A stretch of DNA of 64,000 nucleotides, taken from NCBI RefSeq assembly GCF_009914755.1, contig NC_060928.1; one strand, given 5' to 3'. The notes below the pieces were generated by a model. That model did no database searches. It saw nothing but the letters and a program-made list of their open reading frames with translations, and had not been told where the DNA came from. A program made the translations under genes and the position numbers. Source of the DNA: the human T2T-CHM13v2.0 reference genome, Homo sapiens. Of this stretch, positions 52,409 to 64,000 are shown piece by piece; position 1 is the stretch's first letter, and each line of letters starts with the position of its first letter.

Positions 52409-52564
52409 GAGGGGACGGGCACCCAGGCCCTGGCGCACCTCGCACTGTGCACACGGGGAGAAGGGCACCCAGGCCCTGGCGCACCTCGCACTGTGCACTC
52501 GAGGGGACGGGCACCCAGGCCCTGGCGCACCTCGCACTGTGCACTCGAGGGGACGGGCACCCAG

Positions 52565-52590
<26 letters not shown>
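52409..52590. repeat. 46-bp minisatellite x4
   Basis: gaggggacgggcacccaggccctggcgcacctcgcactgtgcactc units. Confidence 0.92.
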
Positions 52591-56255
<3,665 letters not shown>

Positions 56256-56870
56256 AGACGCAGCTGCAGCATACGCATCCGCGCTACCAGACGCCGCGGG
56301 AGGGCCGGCTCCAGGGTGACGGGAAGGACAGACGCTCACAGACACGACTGCTGTACGTGACCCCCTTCCTGACAGGGCACGGGGCGTCGCAAACACGACT
56401 GCTGTACATGACCCCCTTCCTGACAGGGCATGGGGCATCGGCCGCAACACCGAGACAAGACCCATGGGGTCGGCCTCAGTCACAAACCCCTTCAGGAGGG
56501 AAGAGCCACGGGGTGCTACAGGCAGAGCCAGCACGTGGTCCACAGAGTGTGGGGCATGAAATCGCATCACAGACGCAGACGCCCTGCCGGGTGGGAGGAG
56601 GACCCTTCGGGGGTGCTGCTGATGCTCAGGAGCCACTGCAGCTCTGGGACGCCAAGTCTGTGTCCCCACGTACCCCAGGCACACCGGGTGAGTGAGGCCG
56701 CTGCAGTCATACCACAGCCTTGTGTGCGGAGCCCGCACCACCAAGCACGCCCCAGCCCTTCCTTCCTTCTCTGCGCAGAGAGGGCCCTGTTACAGGTACG
56801 TGTGAAATAGAGACGGGCCACAGCAGCTGCACGTCCTGGGAGCCCTGTCCTTGGTGGGTGGTGGCCATAC

Positions 56871-56993
56871 CTTCTGTGGCTGGCGTGGGGGCCACTGCCG
56901 ACGCTGCAGTCTCGGTCCAGGCAGCCCATCCTCCCAGCAGGTCTGGGTTGCTGGACGAGGCTGTCATCTTGCTGGGCTCTCCTGGCAGATCCC
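56871..56993 (-). CDS. GAK: GAK exon (~23): DLPGEPSKMTASSSNPDLLGGWAAW...PATE
   Basis: TTCTTCCCAG|GG and G|GTATGG; 123 nt, phase 1-1. Confidence 0.93.
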
Positions 56994-58112
56994 CTGGGAA
57001 GAAGGAACCAGAAGAGAGCACAGTTTGGTGTCTCAGCAGCAGGCAAATGTGGCGGGGCGCCAGGCTGTGCTCAGGGCCCTAGGAGCGGACACCTCTTGCA
57101 CCCAGGCTGAGCTGAGGCTGGGCTGACGGCCTCTCTCTTCCTGAAGGGTCCTGAGGATGCATCCCATCACACAGAACTGAGCGAGTGGACGTAGGGGCAC
57201 CAGCAGGCGGAGCAGCTCGCAGGCCAGGCTGAGAACAAGCATCTGCGCATTCCCATCCGAAAGGGTTTGTCAGGACCCCACTTTCTGCCGCCATCCCCAC
57301 AGCCTGCGTTCCCGCCTCTCCTAAAACCCACCAGAGCCCGAGGTGGCTCCACCTGGCTGAGCTGCCTTCGGCAGACAGAGGGCCCAGCAGGTCCTGTCTG
57401 CCCTGGCTCTGGCCACGCAGCACACCTCTGGCGGCACCCGCCCCAACGCTGCAAGGCTGCACTCCACACACCCGCCCACAAGCCATCCTGCAATGGTCAC
57501 CATCATCACCCCAGAGTGCGCCGTGGACCACGCTGCTGCCTCCTCAGGAGAGAGAACCCAGGCTCCTTCCCCTAGGACCACACTGGAGGGGCGCCCAGCC
57601 CTCTCCCAGGGCCTGGCCCCACCGGCGTCTGTCTAAACAAGCCATGCTGTGCCCCGGCGCCTGACCTCCTCCCCATGGATACGGTGCCCCACGGCCCCTG
57701 CTACACCCAGACCAGGTCAGCTTCCCGGACCCTGGGTCCCCCAGCTGCCTCCCTCTGACCTCTGGTCCCTACACAAGCTCTGGGTGCAGGTGGCCTTCTC
57801 TGCTAACAGCTGCAAGGCCTGGGCCTGAGGAGGCCTGGAGAAACACCTGTTGCCAGTCACAGACGACTGAGGCACTGCAGGGCCCCACAACCTGTTCCAG
57901 GTTTGGGGATGGTTTGGGGAGACAGAGCAGGGAGCAGTCTGTCCTGACCTCTGGGACGTCCTGCAGGATGCTTGGGCCGCAAGGAGCGCACCCGGAGGCC
58001 ACACAGTCCAGCCCCACCACTGCCTGAGACCCACAGCTCTGTTTCCCACCAGAGGCTGCGGTCCTGAGGGAGGCGGCCATGGAGAGCTGGCTGCCAGGCG
58101 AGAGGCGCTTAC

Positions 58113-58283
58113 CCAGGTGCAGGAAGTCGGCGCTGCAGGATGGGGGCGGAGCGCTGTGGGCAGACGGGAAGGATGGTGGGACGGTCACAGAGTCCGAATT
58201 GAGAAATTCGCCGAAGAGATCAGGATTGGAGCAGGGCTGGGAGTTGTTGCCTGAAGACGGCAGAAGCGGGCCAAAGGGGTCAG
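58113..58283 (-). CDS. GAK: GAK exon (~22): DPFGPLLPSSG...ADFLHL
   Basis: CAG|CT and G|GTAAG; 171 nt, phase 1-1; contains a DPF adaptor-binding motif. Confidence 0.95.
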
Positions 58284-58704
58284 CTGTGGGGACAGGCGGG
58301 CATGGGGAGAACTCAGCCCGGCTGCCTGAAGACAAAGGAGCCCAGCTCTGGAGTCAGGCCTGCCCAAGAGGCCACCCCAGCTGGGCAGCCCAGACCCCAC
58401 GGCTGCCCTCGCAGGGGCACTGAGGCAGTCAGCCCAGGGGCTCCCCGTGCCCCACGCCTCAGGATGACTTTCCCAGGGACACAGCAACACTGCTGAGATG
58501 GAGAAGCCAGTAGCTCCCGGCCCGTGAGCTCAGGTGGGCAGCACAGAACCCTGACATGACCCCGAGGCTGCTCCTGGGGGAGGTGGGGGAAGGGCACGTT
58601 CCCTTCCTGCAAGCACCTTCGAAACACGCCCATGCAGTGAGAATGACTCAGCCTCATCACTCATCTACTGTGAAGCCACTCGCCTTCAGAACAGAAACAC
58701 GTAC

Positions 58705-59181
58705 CAGCGGCAGGGGGCCCTCCTCTTGGGGTGCTCTGCACGCTCAGGGGAGGGGCCGGGCTTGCCAGGAGCAGCGGGTCCTCGCTGAGCAGATCCTCCG
58801 GGGGCCCCTGGGAGGCGGCCTCAGGGGGCCCAAGGAGGCAGCTGAGCAGGTCGGTGTTGCTGGAGGGGGCCTTGCAGGCCTGCGGGGGTACAGCTGGCCC
58901 TGCGCCCACCTCGGAGTGCAGGCCCAGGAGGTCGACCCCGTCTTCCTGTGGCACAGGCTCTGGCAGCACAGCCGGTGTCTCCACCTCAAAAACCAAGTCC
59001 TGCTGCACCAGCCCTGCTGCCAGGCCGGGGGGCTCTGGGTCGGCCCTGGGTTCCTGGCCCTCGCTGGAGATCGGGGATCCCCCTTCATCTGACACCTCAC
59101 TCTCGTCTCTGTCCTCCATCAGGGCAGACTCGCTCTCCTTGGAAGAGGCATTTTCTGCACCAGTCTCTGCCTCCTTCTCTT
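58705..59181 (-). CDS. GAK: GAK exon (~21): EKEAETGAENASSKESESALMEDRDES...TPRGGPPAA, with DLL motifs
   Basis: TTTTCGCAG|AA acceptor and G|GTACGT donor; 477 nt, phase 1-1; overlaps ORF 58661..59119. Confidence 0.95.
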
Positions 59182-59223
59182 CTGCGAAAAGGAAACAAAA
59201 CCACAGGCTAGTGAGACCACACG

Positions 59224-59565
59224 GCCAGCACCAGGGTCCCCACGGCGCGTCCCTTCAGGGCCTCCTCGGCCCAGGGCCTTGGTGAACACACGTGGCCAGC
59301 ACCAGGGTCCCCACGGCGCGTCCCTTCAGGGCCTCCTCGGCCCAGGGCCTTGGTGAACACACGTGGCCAGCACCAGGGTCCCCATGGCATGGCCCCTCGG
59401 CACCTCCTCGGCCCAGGGCCTTGGCAAGTGCTGCAGGAACACCAGGGTCCCCACGGCGCGTCCCCTCAGCCCAGGGCCTTGGCGAACCCACATGGCCAGC
59501 ACCAATGTCCCCATGGCACGGCCCCTCAGCGCCTCCTTGGCCCAGGGCCCTGGCGAGTGCTGCAG
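59224..59565. repeat. ~71-bp minisatellite, ~5 copies, starting ~40 nt upstream of the exon-21 acceptor
   Basis: gccagcaccagggtcccc at 59224, 59295 and 59366, followed by diverged units. Confidence 0.9.
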
Positions 59566-60287
59566 AAGCTTCTGGGCGGGCGGTGGGGCGTTGTTCCTGA
59601 GGCGTCTCCAGCGCACCCACCTCCAGCCTCTGCCTCAAGGGTCTGCCTGTGGCTCTCTCCGCCTGGGCCTCTGCGGTGCCTCAGGCTGAGTCAAGTGGGG
59701 GCCACATGGCAGCACTAGGGGGTAGGAACACCAATCAAGGGTGCTCTGGGAACAGGCGGCAGAAGGGACGAGCCCGATGGGAAGGCCAGGGGTGCTGGGA
59801 CAGGAAGTGGCAGGTGCATCCCTTGGGGTGTGTCTGGGGTGAGGTCCAGTGATGGCGCCCAGGTGTTTTCCTGAAAAGCCTCAGAGGGGCTGGGAGCCCA
59901 CTGGGGGTGTGGGCAAAGAGAGGTGTGGGATCCCCAGGTGGTGACAGTCTGTCCCTCCGCCCAGGCCCTTCCCCTGTACCCAGGGGCCCCGCCAGCATGG
60001 CCCATGCTGCCAGCCTCCCCAGGCCCACAGACTGGGATGAAGAGCGAGGGTTGTTATTTCAGACTTTGTGGGCATGTTCTTTTTTTTTCACCTTTAAAAA
60101 GATATGAAATCATTCTTAGCTCGTGAGCCATTAAAGAACAGGCTGACATGCCGGGTGCACAGCCCCACTGAGGTGCAACTCAGCTCTGCCGGAGGCCCGT
60201 CTCCCAAGACGCTTGCCCTGCCCCAGGGGCACCTCCAGACCAGGGGCCTGCCCTCTGCAAGTGGCCAGGTCCAGGGACGCTGCCTAC

Positions 60288-60434
60288 CCTGCCAGTCCAG
60301 CGTGTGCAGGAAGCGACTGGCGTCCGCGCTGCTGCTTGGCGGTGAGTCAGAGTCTGTGGGTTCGGCTTCCGGGGACCCTGCCCCAGCATCATACTGAGCC
60401 GTGGAGCCAGGCTGCCGGGGAAGCTCCGGCTTCC
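60288..60434 (-). CDS. GAK: GAK exon (~20): KPELPRQPGSTAQYDAG...FLHTLDWQ
   Basis: CAG|GG acceptor and G|GTAGG donor; 147 nt, phase 1-1; in frame with neighbouring exons. Confidence 0.93.
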
Positions 60435-60699
60435 CTGCAGGAGAGGGAGGGCGTCAGGGCACTGGCACTGGCCAGCAGCCTCGGGGCAACACTGACCCCA
60501 GAGCTGGGAAGTGCAGCCAGGCGGGCGCCAGCACCGTGGCAGGCCAGGCCATCGGTAAAGCAGACCAATGACATGACGGGGAGGGGCTCTCTGAACAGAT
60601 TCCTGCTATCCACTCGGATGCCACTCTGGGCCATGCGTGCACACTTGGGCACAGCACACGCACACATGAACACGCACAAGGAACCCACCACTGAGGCAT

Positions 60700-62025
60700 C
60701 AAACGCCACACATATGCAGGGTACACATGAATGCACACACACAGCTGCACGGTACACACGAATGCATAGAGCACACACACAGGCGCACAGTACACACAAA
60801 TGCACACACACAGATGCAGGGTACACACGAATGCACACACAGCACACACAGATGCACAGTATACACGAATGCACAGACAGCACACACATAGATGCAGGGT
60901 ACACATGAATACACACAGCACACACAGATGCACAGTACACACGAATGCACAGACAGCACACACACAGATGCAGGGTACACATGAATACACACAGCACACA
61001 CAGATGCACAGTACACATGAATACACACAGCACACACAGATGCACAGTACACATGAATGCACACACAGATGCATGGTACACACGGATGCACAGACAGCAC
61101 ACACACAGATGCAGGGTACACATGAATGCACACACAGCACACACACAGATGCACAGTACACATGAATGCACACACAGCACACAGATGCACAGTACACACG
61201 AATGCACACACAGCACATACACACATGCAGGGTACACACGAATGCAAAGCACACACAGATGCACGGTACACATGAATGCACACACAGCACAAATGCACAG
61301 TACACAGGAATGCACACACAGCACACACAGATGCATGGTACACAGGAATGCACACACACAGATGCACAGTACACACGAATGCACACACAGCACATACACA
61401 CATGCAGGGTACACATGAATGCACACACACAGATGCACAGTACACACGAATGCACACACAGCACATACACACATGCAGGGTACACATGAATGCACACACA
61501 GCACACACAGATGCACGGTACACACGAATGCACACACAGCACACACACAGATGCAGGGTACACACGAATGCACACACAGCACACACAGATGCACAGTACA
61601 CATGAATGCACACACAGTACACACAGATGCACAGTACACACGAATGCACACACAGCAGAGATGCATGGTACACACAAATGCACACACACAGGCACAGTAC
61701 ACATGAATGCACACAGCACACATAGATGCAGGGTACACATGAATGCACGCACACAGATGCACGGTACACACACATGCACACACTCGGATGCACAGTACAC
61801 ATGCATGCACACACACAAATGGACGGTACACACGAACGCACACACAGCACATACCGATGCATGGTACACACGAACGCACACACAGCACACACAGATGCAC
61901 TGTACACACGAATGCACACAGCACACAGATACACAGTACACATGAATGCACACACCACTCGTGCACACACACACACGGCACACACCACCCACGGACACAT
62001 ACACAGCACGCACAGGTCACACATA
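60700..62025. repeat. 1.3-kb CA-rich degenerate tandem repeat
   Basis: Recurring cacacagatgcacagtacacacgaatg; produces the spurious Cys/Val and His/Thr ORFs. Confidence 0.95.
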
Positions 62026-62580
62026 CAGCCTCTTTCAGGGACGCTGAAGATGCTCAGAAAGAAAAAGCAAACACTGCAAACCAAGAGCCGAGAACAAGCG
62101 TGGCATGAGCAGTGGACGGCCCTGGGCCCACCTGCCAGCACTTCCTGGGCTGCCGTTTCGAAACTGCTCGGAAGTGAAGAGCGACAGGAGCGAGGGTTCT
62201 GTTCCACGTGCTGCCAGCAGGCCTGAGGCTCACAGTGAGAGTGGACGTGTGTCCAGCACACATGACAAAAATCTGACCCAGACACACGCCTGGGACAAAA
62301 CCCCGCTTCGCTCCAGGAGCCTGGGTTTTCCTCCCTCTGCCTCCGTCCCTGCCCATGGGCCTCAGAAATTGCAGCCTGCGAGTCCTTCTCTGGTGTAGCT
62401 GGTGGTGGTGTCCAACATCCACGACGGAGTTTCCAAAACCTCCTGCAGCCCAAGCTGCTCAGGGCCTGGGTGCAGCAGCAGGCGTGGGGCCCAGCCCTGC
62501 CAGAGCTCAGCCAAAGGTGTCTCTCTCCACAGAGACACTCACCAGAACAGGGTTCACCTAATTCACCTGCGGGATCTTAC

Positions 62581-62774
62581 CAAACTTAGACAGAATGTCT
62601 TGCTGCTCCTCCCGGCTGGAAAACAGGATTTTGGGGTTCAGCCCCCTCATGCTCGAGTTCTCCCATGGTGGGGCTTCCCGGCTCGGCCTGTCCCTGGGCT
62701 CCACCTCCACTTCCAGGTTCACTTGAAATAAATCCGGGTATTTTTCTTGAATGTCACACGCGTCCAGGTCATAC
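62581..62774 (-). CDS. GAK: GAK exon (~19 of 28), end of C2 domain: YDLDACDIQEKYPDLFQVNLEVEVE...ILSKF
   Basis: CAG|G at 62775/62774 and G|GTAAG at 62581; 194 nt, phase 2 to 1; recognisable auxilin/GAK sequence. Confidence 0.95.
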
Positions 62775-63460
62775 CTGCGGTTACAAGTAGACACCACTTA
62801 GGAAGGCCACCCAAGTAGTCTGTAAGTCCTTGGACATTCACTAAAGAAACGTGCATGGAAACAGGTGGCAGCTGCAGGCAGCGGGGCGAGAACAACCAGG
62901 GCAGCCGGCCACCCCCGCCTGCGGAAGCTGGAGCCCTGTGAGCTGACCCAGCAGCTGTCCCAGGAACCCACAGGGCACCAGCACCCCCGGTCACGGCCCC
63001 AGAAGAGCATCATTTCACTCGCTCCTCGGACGTCACAGTGGGGATGCCCGCGACTGTGTTCAAGGCAGAGGGGCACCGGGCGGGGCCGCCATGTTTCCTG
63101 CAACTCCAGGGGAGGCCACGTGCTCAGAGCAGACGGGACAACATCCCACAGCTGGAGACTCCGGCACCCAGGCAGGCAGCTCTGAGGTGGGACCCCAGGG
63201 TTCCAAGGCAGGCGCTGGCCCTCACTACCCAGCACACACAGACTGCAGCCACCCGGCAGCTCAGAGCATGCACTCTGGGATACTAAATGTGTTTTCCATA
63301 AAAATGACGACGTCCGCCCTGACAAAAATCCACAACTGTCAACAGATGCCCATAAAACCAAGACCTCTAGAATCCGGCTGCCAGGGAATTGGGAACATGA
63401 TTCCGGGGGAAACAAAGCTGTGTTCACTGTGGGGCTGGGGAGGCAGCCCAGGCTGAGCTG

Positions 63461-63620
63461 TGGGGAGCAGGGCAGAGGTCAGCAGGGCCTGCCTTGGGGT
63501 GTCGGCCGTGCGGGTGGGGAGCAGGGCAGGGGTCAGCAGGGCCCACCTTGGGGTGTCGGCCATGTGGGTGGGGAGCAGGGGCAGGGGTCAGCAGGGCCCG
63601 CCTTGGGGTGTTGGCCGCAC
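63461..63620. repeat. ~51-bp minisatellite x3
   Basis: ggggagcagggcaggggtcagcagggcc...ccttggggtgt units. Confidence 0.88.
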
Positions 63621-64000
63621 GGGGAGGCAGGTGTGACCTGACACTGACCATTTCCCAGCCCCACAGCTCTCTAAGGAATTCCAGGCTATTTCACACATTT
63701 CCTATGATCATCTCTGATCCCACTGTCATAAACTGCACTGATAAGCCTGGGCTCTCCAGCGGGCAGCAGGCTCCCCATGCCTGTCTTATTTTACGCCACC
63801 TAAAATCTCTACATGTTGAATGTTATACACCTAAGAAAATAAAGAAGAAACGCAAAAGAGTGGCGGCCAGTTCCTGGGAAACCCAGGCTGCCAGTGTCTG
63901 CAGGGCCAGGAACACCCAGAGCAGAGTGGGATCCGCCGAGGGAGGGCAGGGAGACGGGCCCGGCGGCCTGTGTGGGTCAGAGCCACGGCTGGTTTTAACT

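Noticed and set aside
60389-62453. Long 519-584 aa Cys/Val-rich ORFs and His/Thr-rich antisense ORFs
   Set aside because: They are translations of a CA/TG-rich tandem repeat inside a GAK intron, open in all frames because the repeat lacks stops.

Overview
This is a GC-rich, Alu-dense primate genomic window, almost certainly human 4p16.3 (an AluYa5 and an SVA fragment are present). It holds two minus-strand genes. The first is the 3' half of GAK (cyclin G-associated kinase/auxilin-2): ten GT-AG exons at 62774->41426 that splice in frame to about residues 685-1311 (end of the C2 domain, the low-complexity clathrin/adaptor-binding region and the HPD J-domain), followed by a 3' UTR with an ATTAAA signal. 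The second is the 5' end of CPLX1 (complexin-1): CpG-island promoter, non-coding exon 1 and exon 2 encoding MEFVMKQALG, with 1-16196 lying in its intron 2. The rest is about 35 Alus, old L1/HAL1 debris, MaLR LTRs, a Tigger1, a MADE1 and many minisatellites. Nearly all supplied ORFs are artefacts of GC content or repeats. I found no convincing novel multi-gene system. The best leads are: one nick site used twice (Alu, then a truncated SVA carrying a GAK-sense poly(A) signal); a split RE1/REST site and a uORF in CPLX1; an Alu whose target-site duplication forms a GAK polypyrimidine tract; and a 36.6-kb-spaced local duplication older than its Alu insertions. Gene names, exon numbers and repeat subfamilies come from recall, not database searches. 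Repeat boundaries are approximate.
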